Shown in pieces: positions 40,606-50,429 of a stretch of 64,000 bases of DNA. The stretch is from an uncultured Acidimicrobiaceae bacterium (GTDB lineage: Bacteria > Actinomycetota > Acidimicrobiia > Acidimicrobiales > Bog-793): assembly GCA_963725215.1 (NCBI GenBank), contig CAVRXQ010000003.1, forward strand, positions 71,352 to 135,351, given 5' to 3'. A program made the translations under genes and the position numbers. Each line of letters opens with the position of its first letter. Within the stretch, counting starts at the first letter, position 1. Under the pieces are notes generated by a model. It made no database searches and was not told the DNA's origin. It saw only the letters and a list, made by a program, of their open reading frames with translations.

Positions 40606-42840
40606 TCACTCGTTGCGGGCGACCTCGGGTCCCGTGATCCGATTGAGGAGCGGGAACGTCGAGGCGATGATCGCGAGCGAAGCCGCGAGCCCGCCGACGA
40701 TGGTTGCCCAGTACGCGCTCCCCGGGATGCTGAACGTAATGCCGACCTGGGAGTGGAGGTAGAGGGCGGCCGACACGAGGCCGACCGCGATCGACACTGC
40801 GGCGACGAGGAGGAGCGGCAGCGCACTCTCCAACGCGACCACGCGGTGCAGGAGCGCGGTCGAGACACCGGTGAGCCGAAGCAGGCTGAACGGGCGCTTG
40901 CGCTCGCCCAAGCCAGCGGCGATGTTCACGGCGAGGCTGCAGGCGGCGATGATCAGGCTCGCCACGATGATCACGTCGGTCATGTCCTGGACCATTGCGA
41001 GGACGCGCGCGGTAGACGGATCGAGCGCCTCGACGGCCACCGGCGTTCCCTGGAAAGGAAAGGCCCGTTCGAGTGCGGTCCGCGCTCGTTCGAGCGAGCT
41101 GGTCGACCCGTCCGTGGCGACGACCACGGCGTCAACGGGAAGACGCGCGACGTCGGCCAGCGACAGGCGCGCCGACGGCCAGACAGTCAAGGAAGCATGC
41201 GAATGGTGCCCAAGGAGGTTGGAAAGGAAGTAGCCGATGCTCACCACTGTCTCCCCCGGCGCGCACTTGCCAATCGCGGGCGTCCTCGCCAGCTGGTCGC
41301 ACGCGACGACCCCGAAGCTGTTCCTCTGCCGAGCTTGGGATGGGCTCTCGTGAACCACCGTCACCGCGCGCACTCCCGGCGTAGTGCGGAGCTCGGCAAG
41401 CACCGGGCCTGTGACAGAAGGAACTTGGGCGGAGGGGGGACAGTTCGTCGTCGAGTAGCTGCAGAACAGATCGGCGAGGGTCTCTCTCCCGGCGCTTGTT
41501 CCCGAGGTGCTGTTGGCCGCGGTGATCGAGCTGAGCGCACCGATCACTGCGCTCGTGACGAAGAGGGCGATCACGAGCCCACTGATGAACCGAAAGGCCG
41601 CCTTGGGGTTGTCGAGCAGCCGACGGCCGGCGATGAGTGTGGCAGGGCGACTCGCCCGCTTCGCCATCAGTCGAGCGCCCGCGGTCGTGAGCCACGGTCC
41701 AGCGAGAACCAGCCCCACGACAAGGAGCACGAAGCCCACGAGCAGCTCAAGAAGCTGGCCGCCGACGGCGCCCGGCTTGCCAGCAGCATCGAAGTACGCG
41801 AGCACGGCAATGCCGGCGAGTAGCGGGATGATCCGCACGATCCGCGGTGGGCGGGACGAGACTCGGCGATTCACGCCGAGCGGCGATATCTGGACCCTCC
41901 GCAGCGCGAGGCGCGCGGACACGACCGCGGCGACCGGGACGCCGACGACGGCGAGCACGATGTCGATCCAGTGCAGCGAGAGGTCGCCTTGCGAGAGGGG
42001 CGCTCCGGTGAACGGCACGTGGTAGAGCAGAGGTCGGAAGACGAAGAAGAGTGCGAAGCCGATTGCGACGCCCGTTACCGCCGCGACCACCGCCTCCACC
42101 GCGGAGACCACAGAAATCTGACGCGGCGTGGCGCCGACGAGCCGCATCGCGGCGAAGCGCTCCTCGCGCCGCGCGGCCGACAGCCGGCTCGCGGTCGCGA
42201 TCAAGATCAGCACCGGCAGCAAGAGCGCGACGGCTCCGCCGGCCAGGATGAACTGCAGAACGGGGCCGCTCCCGATGGTGTTCTGGCAGGCGTAGCAGTT
42301 CGCCGGCGTGCGTTGGATGGCTCCGACCTGAACCGCACCAGGTGCCTGTGAGAGCTGGCGTGCGGTTTGGCCGATGACGATGATCAGCGAGTTCGGGGAC
42401 GGCAGCGCCGCTGCCCCGATGGTCCCGATCTGTCGGCCAGGAAACCGGTCGCGCAGCTCGTTCGCCGGTTCGGACCTAAGAAGGGTCGAGAGGGCAGGCG
42501 AGGCGTAGTACTCACCCGGCCCGGGCAGGTGGGAAAGCCCCGGCGGGACCGGAGCGTTCGGCGCGGCAGCGGCAACGTCGATCCGGTCGATCGCCTGGTT
42601 GCCGAACTGGTCGGTGCTCGACAGCCACCACATCCGGTCGGACGCCGAGATCGCGCGTGACGCTTGCGCCGAGGTGTCGAGCCACGCACCGCGGTCGGTC
42701 TGGGCGTGCAGCCCGTTGACCCCGGCCAGGGCGGCGAGCAACAGGCCGACGCCGAGGGCGACCGCTGCCGCGGTGACGAGGACGCGCAGCGCAGCTTCGC
42801 GACCGCTGCCCAACGTGAGGCGCAGGCCGAGTCGGATCAT
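40606..42840 (-). CDS. FtsX-like ABC transporter permease (MacB-type, duplicated FtsX domains)
   Basis: About 744 aa from ATG 42840, which overlaps the ATPase stop as ATGA. Contains two 4-TM FtsX modules. Confidence 0.85.
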   Translation of the reverse strand: MIRLGLRLTLGSGREAALRVLVTAAAVALGVGLLLAALAGVNGLHAQTDRGAWLDTSAQASRAISASDRMWWLSSTDQFGNQAIDRIDVAAAAPNAPVPPGLSHLPGPGEYYASPALSTLLRSEPANELRDRFPGRQIGTIGAAALPSPNSLIIVIGQTARQLSQAPGAVQVGAIQRTPANCYACQNTIGSGPVLQFILAGGAVALLLPVLILIATASRLSAARREERFAAMRLVGATPRQISVVSAVEAVVAAVTGVAIGFALFFVFRPLLYHVPFTGAPLSQGDLSLHWIDIVLAVVGVPVAAVVSARLALRRVQISPLGVNRRVSSRPPRIVRIIPLLAGIAVLAYFDAAGKPGAVGGQLLELLVGFVLLVVGLVLAGPWLTTAGARLMAKRASRPATLIAGRRLLDNPKAAFRFISGLVIALFVTSAVIGALSSITAANSTSGTSAGRETLADLFCSYSTTNCPPSAQVPSVTGPVLAELRTTPGVRAVTVVHESPSQARQRNSFGVVACDQLARTPAIGKCAPGETVVSIGYFLSNLLGHHSHASLTVWPSARLSLADVARLPVDAVVVATDGSTSSLERARTALERAFPFQGTPVAVEALDPSTARVLAMVQDMTDVIIVASLIIAACSLAVNIAAGLGERKRPFSLLRLTGVSTALLHRVVALESALPLLLVAAVSIAVGLVSAALYLHSQVGITFSIPGSAYWATIVGGLAASLAIIASTFPLLNRITGPEVARNE

Positions 42841-43553
42841 CCTGGCACCGCGGCGTTCGTGGTCACCCTGCCGTCGCGAACAATCACTTCGCGATCGGCG
42901 TAAGCGGCGACGCGGGGTTCGTGGGTGACGAGGATCACCGTTGATCCCCGCTCGCGCGCGGCGCGCGTCAACATTCCCATGACCAGCTCCCCGTTGAGCG
43001 AGTCGAGTGACCCGGTCGGTTCGTCGGCGAAGAGCACGTCGGGATGGGCGACGAGACCGCGCGCCAGGGCGACGCGCTGCGACTGGCCGCCGGACATCTC
43101 GCCGGTTCGGTGGCGTTCCATCCCTTCGAGGTCGAGCTGTTCGAACCAGCACCCCGCTTCACGGAGGGCCTCGTCGCGGCGCGTGCCACCGAGCAACAGC
43201 GGCAGCGCGACGTTCTCCTCGGCGGTGAGCTCCGGCACGAGCTGGCCGAACTGGAAGACGAAGCCGAAACGCTCTCGACGGAGGCGGCTTCGCTGCTCCT
43301 CGCGCATCCTGTCGAGGCGCTGACCGTCGAAGGAGACCTCACCGAACTGTGGGACGAGGATGCCCGCAAGGCAGTGGAGCAGGGTCGACTTGCCAGAACC
43401 GCTCGGGCCCATCACGGCCACGATCTCGCCACGCTTCACGGCGAGACTCGCTCCGCGAAGCGCCGGCGTTTCACCGAAGGAGAGCACGAGGTCTCGCGCC
43501 TCGATGATCACGCCTCCGACCTGGACCGCGCAGGAATCGTTCGACCCGTTCAT
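42837..43553 (-). CDS. ABC transporter ATP-binding protein (MacB/LolD-like)
   Basis: '[16 protein letters not shown]', 'MSGGQSQRVALARGL' and 'LFADEPTGSLD'. Confidence 0.93.
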   Translation of the reverse strand: MNGSNDSCAVQVGGVIIEARDLVLSFGETPALRGASLAVKRGEIVAVMGPSGSGKSTLLHCLAGILVPQFGEVSFDGQRLDRMREEQRSRLRRERFGFVFQFGQLVPELTAEENVALPLLLGGTRRDEALREAGCWFEQLDLEGMERHRTGEMSGGQSQRVALARGLVAHPDVLFADEPTGSLDSLNGELVMGMLTRAARERGSTVILVTHEPRVAAYADREVIVRDGRVTTNAAVPG

Positions 43554-44074
43554 GACGCCACCTCTTCTGCTAGTACCGCGAGTCGCGCTTCTGTGAGGTC
43601 GATCCAGCGCAGGTCGGCCTCCAAGTGGAAGAGGCCGTGATCGGCAAGTAGCGCGTCAACGAGGTTGCCTTGCTGCTTGAGCTCGGTGAGCTCGCGCATC
43701 CGAGCGAGGTGCGCAGCACGTTGGACGTCGAGGTACTCCTCCGCGGGGCGGCCGAGCATGAGCGAGAGCACGACCTTCACGAAGAGGTCACTCTGGAGGT
43801 AGGGCTCGGGCGGGATCGGCTCGCCGAGCCACGCCTCGACCTCGTATTTCCCGGTCTCAGTGATCGTGTAGCGCTTGCGATCGGGGCCCGCTCCGGGCTC
43901 CGCCACCCCAGCGATCGCCTTTCCGTCCCTCGCGAGACGGGCGAGGGTTGCGTACACCTGGCCGAAGGGCAGTGGCCGCCCCGGGCTCAGGTAGGTGTCG
44001 TAGTCGCGCTTCAGGTCGTAGCCGTGGCTCGGCTCACGCTCGAGAAGCCCGAGGAGGGCCATAGGAACACTCAT
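43550..44074 (-). CDS. PadR family transcriptional regulator
   Basis: 'LLGLLEREPSHGYDLKRDY' and 'GQVYATLARLARDG'. First gene of the PadR-ABC-FtsX operon. Confidence 0.9.
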   Translation of the reverse strand: MSVPMALLGLLEREPSHGYDLKRDYDTYLSPGRPLPFGQVYATLARLARDGKAIAGVAEPGAGPDRKRYTITETGKYEVEAWLGEPIPPEPYLQSDLFVKVVLSLMLGRPAEEYLDVQRAAHLARMRELTELKQQGNLVDALLADHGLFHLEADLRWIDLTEARLAVLAEEVAS

Positions 44075-44614
44075 ACCTGCGAGAATACTCTTAGCGTATA
44101 CGTGCGGTCAATAGCTTCCGCCCGACTGTAGGCCGAAGTTGCGAGTGTCGGAGTCGCGTCGCTCGCGCTGGCACTGTCTGCCTCGGGCGTGCTGCCCGAT
44201 GGCGCCGATCCTCTGAGCTGAGCGCCCTCGACGCGCCGATCCCCCGGCGGCGCGCGTGAGCTGGTCTGAACCAGCTCGGATTCGGTGGAGGTTCGTCCGC
44301 TTCGATTCTCAGGCGAAAGTGTGGGCCGTGACGTCGACGGGGGTTCTTCGGTCGATGTTCGGCGACCGTCTCCGTCGCAGGTCCGTCGCGGCTCGCACGA
44401 TGCCAGGCCGCGGGTCAAGGGCAGGTGTCACATCTGTGACTGTGTTGTGACGTTCTGTTTCGTAGAACTGCTCTCAGCACGCTTCGACGGTGGAGAAGAG
44501 CCGAGGTGCCGTGCGCACCGAGCGCTGCTTTGGTGGTCGGAGTCTCGTGTGTCAGGCAGCAACCCCGCCTCGCGGAAGGCCAGCGCAATCTCGTAACCGG
44601 CGGCCGAGGTTCGG

Positions 44615-45391
44615 CTAGTGATCAGATAGCTCTGCCTCGACGACCGTGACCTCGTCGCCACGACGAATCGTGCCGAGGGTGACCACCGATGACCAGACCC
44701 CGAAGGTGCCGTCGTGGCTCCTGGCGAGGGCGCGGTACACGTCGAGATCCCGATCTAGGCCCGGTTGTGGTCGGGTCACCATCGTGCAGCGCTCGCATGG
44801 TGCTTGGCCTTGGAGTTCAACTTCCCCAAGTCGAATGCGTTTGCCAGTCCACCCATCCTCCACCCACCCGACGGCGTCCCCCTCGATCACCACGTTGGGT
44901 CGGAACCGCCGCACATCCCACGTGCCTCCGGGATGAAGTTCGGCCCCCTGGCGCAGGCTTGAAGTGGTCAACAGCAGTAGCGGAAACGCATCAACGAAAT
45001 GACCAGCAGGCATGGTGAACGTCAGCGCCTGGCTGGTGTCGTCCGCGGCGTCCTCGAAGTACTCAGCGACCCGGGAGCCCGAGCCGACAGCGGGTACCAG
45101 CCGCACCCGACGGCCTAGCCACTCCGAGAGAACTGTGTCCGTCTCGCTGTCAGGACCGGTGAGAACGCGACCATCGGGAAGCGTGATCTCCGCTTCGCCG
45201 CCGATCGTTAGCCGAGACGAAGCCAGCAGCAGCGGCGGCTCTCGCCGTCCGGTGAGGATATTCCCGGTTGTCTCATCGCGAATTCCCCATTCGCGATCGC
45301 CGATCGCGCCCGATGCCTCGACCACCATCTCGGTGAGCTGCTCGCCCCGCAGCGACTTGACTGGATGACGCCACAACTCGATGACCTGCAT
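44615..45391 (-). CDS. MOSC domain-containing protein
   Basis: 'LWRHPVKSLRGEQL', 'RFRPNVVIEG' and 'CERCTMVT'. Confidence 0.85.
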   Translation of the reverse strand: MQVIELWRHPVKSLRGEQLTEMVVEASGAIGDREWGIRDETTGNILTGRREPPLLLASSRLTIGGEAEITLPDGRVLTGPDSETDTVLSEWLGRRVRLVPAVGSGSRVAEYFEDAADDTSQALTFTMPAGHFVDAFPLLLLTTSSLRQGAELHPGGTWDVRRFRPNVVIEGDAVGWVEDGWTGKRIRLGEVELQGQAPCERCTMVTRPQPGLDRDLDVYRALARSHDGTFGVWSSVVTLGTIRRGDEVTVVEAELSDH

Positions 45392-45657
45392 GGCCGCCCC
45401 CCTTCAATCTCGACTCCTTTGGCGTGGCTCCGGGGCCCGTCACAACAGTGGACCTAAGAGGGTCACAGCTTGGCGTGCAGCCACTTCAGCCTCGCCTGAG
45501 GCCACTCCCGGCGGAACTGCAGCATGATCCCATCGGGGTTCGCCCGGATCTGAGCGTTGGTTCACGCACCCACGTGATTCGCACTGGGTGCAGTTGAAGC
45601 ACACTCACAATTGTCAGTCTTGCGGGCGCGTTCAGGCCTTAAGGGGAGGCGAGATCT

Positions 45658-46203
45658 GTGATGCGTTCTCTAGCCGGTTCATTGTTGTGGCGAGGACTAC
45701 TCGCGGTCGTGGTCGGGATCATCGCGATCGCCTGGCCGGGTGTGACGATCCTTGCAGTAGTGATCATCTTCGCCATTGCCGCGTTCGGCGCGTCGATAGG
45801 CCAGGCAGTTCGAGCGTTCTCGAGTAACGGATTCGGTCCCGTGATCGGCCATCTTCTCCTCTCCCTACTCGACGTAGCGGCGGGGCTGGTGGCAGTACTT
45901 TGGCCGGGGATTACCGCGTTTGCGCTCACGATTTGGATTGGCATTTGGGCGGTAGTGAGCGGCTTCGGAGAATTCGTGATGGCCTTTGCATATGGTGAGA
46001 CCGGCGGTCAGCGCTTTCTGTTCGGATTGACCGGCCTCGTCACGATTGCCCTCGGAATCGTCTTGTTCGCGCGCCCCGATGTCGGCGCGGTTGCACTGGC
46101 CGAGGTCTTCGGGCTCTTCAGCCTGGCAACGGGTATCGCCAACCTCGTGCTAGCCGGACAAGCCCGCCACGAAGACAGGCCGCTTTCCCATATGGCGAGT
46201 TAA
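45658..46203 (+). CDS. HdeD/DUF308 family membrane protein
   Basis: Repeated 'GLLAVVVGIIAIAWPGVT' / 'AGLVAVLWPGIT' DUF308 units. Confidence 0.8.
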   Translation: MMRSLAGSLLWRGLLAVVVGIIAIAWPGVTILAVVIIFAIAAFGASIGQAVRAFSSNGFGPVIGHLLLSLLDVAAGLVAVLWPGITAFALTIWIGIWAVVSGFGEFVMAFAYGETGGQRFLFGLTGLVTIALGIVLFARPDVGAVALAEVFGLFSLATGIANLVLAGQARHEDRPLSHMAS

Positions 46204-46269
46204 GGAGGGGCCGCGCTGGGAGGCGGGGAAGGACACGTAGGTAGGCATGAGCCCGAAGTCAAAGCGCGG

Positions 46270-47382
46270 GTGAAGGACGACGGCACGCCCGCAAAAGGGG
46301 CCGTCGACAAGCGACCGGTAAGGCGCCTTGTCAAGCGGATTGTGGCGGCCGTTGTTTCGGGGGTCGCGATCTACATCCTGCTCCCCGCGCTCGTCAAGGT
46401 GTTCGCGGCCTGGCCACGATTTTCGTCTCTCGAGCCGGTTTGGCTCGTAGCCGCTGTCATCGCTGAAGGGGCGAGCTTCGCCTGCTCGATTGCCCTGCAA
46501 CGGCTCGTCCTGAGGAGAAAAGAGTGGTTCCCCGTTGCCACCGCGAGCTTGGCGGGGAACGCGCTCACCAACACGCTCCCCGCCGGCGACGCCGCCGGGG
46601 CGGGGCTGCAGTTCCGAATGCTGGCCGCGGCGGGCATCGACGTCGACTCGGCCGCTGGAGGCCTGGCGGTTTCCTCGCTGCTCGGCGTAGGGGGGCTGCT
46701 CGCGCTCCCAATCTTCAGCCTTCCAGCCATCTTGGGTGGTTCTCAGGTAAGGCCGGGGCTTGTGCACGCTGCGCTGCTCGGTCTCGGCGGCTTTGTTCTG
46801 TTCGTGGTTGGCAGCGTCACCGTCCTCCTAACCGACAAGCCACTTGCAGTTGCGGCTCGCTTGATTCAGCGCCTCTGGAATGCGACGTTCGGGCATCGCG
46901 CCCGCGTTTCGGGAATCGACCGACGGGTGTTGCGCGAACGCGATTCGCTGCGGTCAACGTTGGGTCGGGACGGGTGGAAGGCGGTGCTCTTCGTCACTGG
47001 TCGGCTCGGATTCGATTACCTCTGCTTGCTAGGAGGGTTACGAGCCGCCGGCAGCGCTCCACGCCCCGGGCTCGTGTTGCTCGCGTATGCGGCCACTGGA
47101 ATTGTCGCCCTCGTTCCCATTACTCCGGGCGGGCTTGGAATCGTTGAGGCGAGCCTCACCGGCATGCTCGTGCTCGCCGGCGTGAGCGGGGGGCGGGCAG
47201 TTCTGGCCACTCTCGCGTACCGACTCGCTTCTTACTGGCTGCCACTGCTCGCCGGCGCGATCTCTTACCTCCTCTTCCGGCGACGATATGGGCGCGGCCC
47301 ACTCAAGGGTCCTGCCGGTCGCGGACGATTCGACGCGGGACCGGGCGGTGTCGCCGTCGATCCGAGGGTACCTCGGCCATGA
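46270..47382 (+). CDS. UPF0104 / lysylphosphatidylglycerol-synthase-TM-region (flippase-like) membrane protein
   Basis: Polytopic protein with 'AGNALTNTLPAGDAAGAGLQFRML' and 'ITPGGLGIVEASLTGML'. Confidence 0.7.
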   Translation: MKDDGTPAKGAVDKRPVRRLVKRIVAAVVSGVAIYILLPALVKVFAAWPRFSSLEPVWLVAAVIAEGASFACSIALQRLVLRRKEWFPVATASLAGNALTNTLPAGDAAGAGLQFRMLAAAGIDVDSAAGGLAVSSLLGVGGLLALPIFSLPAILGGSQVRPGLVHAALLGLGGFVLFVVGSVTVLLTDKPLAVAARLIQRLWNATFGHRARVSGIDRRVLRERDSLRSTLGRDGWKAVLFVTGRLGFDYLCLLGGLRAAGSAPRPGLVLLAYAATGIVALVPITPGGLGIVEASLTGMLVLAGVSGGRAVLATLAYRLASYWLPLLAGAISYLLFRRRYGRGPLKGPAGRGRFDAGPGGVAVDPRVPRP

Positions 47383-47632
47383 TTCGGACAGTTCGCCGCC
47401 AGCGGGATCGCGAATCGATCGCGAAGCTGCCGCACACAGACGAGCAGCTTGAAACCTTGACGCCGAAGCCGAGTATCCGTGGTTCTCCGATGCGGGCCGC
47501 GGCCCTGCAGAGCCTCGCGAGCGTCCCGGTCGCGAGTGATTTGGATAACAGCGACACGAACATGCGTGATGCCTACGACCTCTGGCTACCGCATCATCGT
47601 CTTCGTAGGAACATGTGACGAAGGGAAAATCA

Positions 47633-48286
47633 ATGCGCAAACCAGACAATCTCATTGAATCCGACATTCGCGAGGAACTCGAGTGGGATCCGCTGCTCGA
47701 CAGCAGCCGGATCGAGGTCCGTGCCAAGGAAGGCAAGGTGACCCTGAGCGGAGCTGTGAAGACCTTCTTTCAGCGCCGTGAAGCAGCAGAAGATGCGAAA
47801 CGCGTGCACGGCGTGACCGCCCTCGACAACGAGCTTCTTGTGGGTCTCGTTGGTGCGGCCATCGCCGACGTCGAGGTCGAGGCGGAATGCAAGGTCGCCC
47901 TCGACGCAGACAAATTCGTTCCTCACGGTGCCGTGAAGGCAGAGGTGACAGATGGCTGGGTCACCTTGCACGGCCAGGTGCGGCGGCATTTCCAGCTGCT
48001 TGCTGCTGAGCACGCCGTCAACCGGGTCGACGGGGTGGTCGGTCTTACGAACAAGATCGAGATCTCCGCAGACCCGATTCCGAGCGATGTCGCCGATCGC
48101 ATCAACAAGGCGCTCGGTCGCAATGCCATCATCGACCGGTCGCTCATCACGGTTTCCAACGTCGACCACACCATCTACTTGGATGGGAAGGCCAGTTCCT
48201 GGGCGGCCAAACAGGAGGCGGAGAACACTGCATGGTCGGCGCCAGGCGTGAATGACGTCGTCGATCGGCTCGTGATCGTTCCGTAA
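47633..48286 (+). CDS. BON-domain protein (three BON repeats, OsmY-like)
   Basis: Three copies of '...V.V....G.VTL.G.V...' ('VRAKEGKVTLSGAV', 'EVTDGWVTLHGQV', 'VSNVDHTIYLDGKA'). Confidence 0.8.
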   Translation: MRKPDNLIESDIREELEWDPLLDSSRIEVRAKEGKVTLSGAVKTFFQRREAAEDAKRVHGVTALDNELLVGLVGAAIADVEVEAECKVALDADKFVPHGAVKAEVTDGWVTLHGQVRRHFQLLAAEHAVNRVDGVVGLTNKIEISADPIPSDVADRINKALGRNAIIDRSLITVSNVDHTIYLDGKASSWAAKQEAENTAWSAPGVNDVVDRLVIVP

Positions 48287-48540
48287 TCCCCCGATCCTTC
48301 CGAGGAGCCTCGGTCCGCGCGCGTTCCCGCGGACCGGGCTCTCGTTCGTCGTCCTCATCCAGTCGCTGGCAGCAATCGGATAGCGCCTGGTGGAACCGGA
48401 TGCGGATTCATCTCTACGCGGATGCGTGATTCGCCCCAAAGGGTTCGCTCCGTAGAAAGGGCCTATAGGAAGGGAGGTCCGCGGATCGCCCCTTTGAACC
48501 GAGGACATGGCGCGCAATTGCGCTCGAGAAAGAGGAGTCC

Positions 48541-48939
48541 ATGTTCGCTACAACCTTCGGAGTCGGTCAGGTTCTTTATTCGATCCTCTGGTTCTTTCTC
48601 TTCTTCGTAGAGGTCTGGCTAATGATCTCGGTCTTTATCGATATCTTTCGCAGCCACGACCTAAAGGGTTGGGCAAAGGCCCTATGGATCATCTTGGTGC
48701 TGGTGCTGCCGATAGTCGGCATCCTGGCGTACTTCATTGCCCGCGGTGACAAGATGCGGGCACACCAGAATCAGGCTGTTACGGAGCAAGACAATGCCTT
48801 CCGCGACTACGTGCGAAACGTCGCCGGGACTCCTCCGAGCAAGGCTGACGAACTAAGCCGGCTTGCCGCGCTCCGCGACCGCGGCGAGATCTCACAGGAC
48901 GAATTTGACCGCCTCAAGGAGGAGGTCGTGAACCGCTAG
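48541..48939 (+). CDS. PLDc_N-type membrane domain fused to a SHOCT domain
   Basis: 'WAKALWIILVLVLPIVGILAYFIARG' and C-terminal 'LSRLAALRDRGEISQDEFDRLKEEV'. Confidence 0.75.
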   Translation: MFATTFGVGQVLYSILWFFLFFVEVWLMISVFIDIFRSHDLKGWAKALWIILVLVLPIVGILAYFIARGDKMRAHQNQAVTEQDNAFRDYVRNVAGTPPSKADELSRLAALRDRGEISQDEFDRLKEEVVNR

Positions 48940-48959
48940 GGCGCGATGCAGACGGCTCA

Positions 48960-50429
48960 TCAGACGGAATCAAGCACGCGGAAAGACCCTGACCGAACAG
49001 CTTGGACGAACGCTTCGTAGTCACGCTCGTTCTGATCCGCGTAGCGGCAGGCGTATTCGCCAATCGCACAGTCGAAAGTGTCGCCATGGCCGAGGTATGC
49101 GCTGATGGCAATGGGATCTCCGGACCTTGCGTGGGCGCGAGCCAGCGTCCACGCGCAAACCTTCGCATACTCGTGTAGGTCGTAGGCCGACATACCATCA
49201 ACGCGGATCGATCCCTTCGAATCGTGGAGCTGCCGCCAGTAGTAGTGGCGATCGCCTTCCGCGTCCTTCATCCAGCCGAGGAAGATGTCGCTCGCGGCCT
49301 GCATCATGCGTTGGCCCCGAACGACTCGTTCGCCATGGTTGCGATACGGGCTCTTCGAAAGGCGGTCTTCGAAGACCGACGAGGTCGCCTCCTTGACCTG
49401 AAGAAAAAGAGGATCATCTCGATCCCGTCCCTCGAACAGAGCGATGAAACAGCGCGTACCCACGCTGCCGACGCCGACGACCTTGCGAGCGACGTCGACG
49501 AGTTGAAAATGGTTGACCAGAAAGCGTCGTTCCGGGTCGAGCGTCGCCCGGTACTCGCGGAACAGCCTTCGCAGCACTCGCTCGACGCCGAGCGGCTCCA
49601 GGCCATACGAGGACTCGATGTCCCTTAACGGGACGACAAGCGGAGGCTGGCTGACGATGCGATAGCGCCCGTCGACCATCTCTCCGAGCGTTGAGAGGGC
49701 GCGCAGGCTGTTGCGGGTGCTCGCCTTCTGAACGATCGCCTTGCCACGGCGAAGGGTTTTTTGTTGGCCTTTTCCTTTCGCCGACCGCGCGATGAGATCC
49801 AAGACCTGCTGTGCGGGCAGGTGGGAGTACCAGACCTCCAGCGGCCCCATGCCAGCGAACTCGAGCATCGCCTGGCGGTATCTGGCCGCCACCGTCGTCG
49901 CTACCGTGCGGTTCGCCGCGTCACTCACCCCGTTCGTTCGCCCGGCGACGCAGAAGCTCGCGGCGAGTCGCTTCAGGTCGAACTCGAACGGTCCGTGGAG
50001 CGTTTCATCGAAGTCATTCAGATCGAACAACAAGGTGCGCTCCGGTGACGCGAAGACGCCGAAATTCGACAGGTGGGCGTCTCCGCACATTTGGACGTTG
50101 AGTCCGGTGCGGGGCGATCCGCTCAGGTCGACCGCCATTATCCTCGCTGCGCCGCGATAGAAGGAAAATGGCGAGAACATCATGCGGCTGTGACGCTCCG
50201 GAACGAGGTCGGGCTCACGAGACGCGTCTTGTTCTTTGAGAAGTTCGACGGGGTCAGGGCGATCGGTCGCCGGCTCCCATGCGAGGTGCGTCGAACGGGG
50301 GACCGCATCACGTGCCCGCTTGCCAAGAGCGAGTCGTTCTTCAACAGTGCGGCGAACCATCGGACGATTCGGAATCGATGTCGCAAATCGAGCCGAGCTG
50401 CCCGGCGTTTTCCTAACCAATGTCTTCAA
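48960..50429 (-). CDS. DUF2252 domain-containing protein
   Basis: 'SPFSFYRGAARIMAVDL', 'CGDAHLSNFG' and 'DLNDFDET'. Confidence 0.8.
   Translation of the reverse strand: MKTLVRKTPGSSARFATSIPNRPMVRRTVEERLALGKRARDAVPRSTHLAWEPATDRPDPVELLKEQDASREPDLVPERHSRMMFSPFSFYRGAARIMAVDLSGSPRTGLNVQMCGDAHLSNFGVFASPERTLLFDLNDFDETLHGPFEFDLKRLAASFCVAGRTNGVSDAANRTVATTVAARYRQAMLEFAGMGPLEVWYSHLPAQQVLDLIARSAKGKGQQKTLRRGKAIVQKASTRNSLRALSTLGEMVDGRYRIVSQPPLVVPLRDIESSYGLEPLGVERVLRRLFREYRATLDPERRFLVNHFQLVDVARKVVGVGSVGTRCFIALFEGRDRDDPLFLQVKEATSSVFEDRLSKSPYRNHGERVVRGQRMMQAASDIFLGWMKDAEGDRHYYWRQLHDSKGSIRVDGMSAYDLHEYAKVCAWTLARAHARSGDPIAISAYLGHGDTFDCAIGEYACRYADQNERDYEAFVQAVRSGSFRVLDSV

Noticed and set aside
40558-41823. 421-aa plus-strand ORF
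   Set aside because: It lies opposite the FtsX permease gene, whose TM pattern and coupling to the ATPase gene are convincing.
44071-44596. ORFs 44071..44418(-), 44285..44596(+) and 44256..44450(+) in the PadR-MOSC spacer
   Set aside because: They overlap each other, have no RBS, and give low-complexity translations. The spacer is treated as non-coding.
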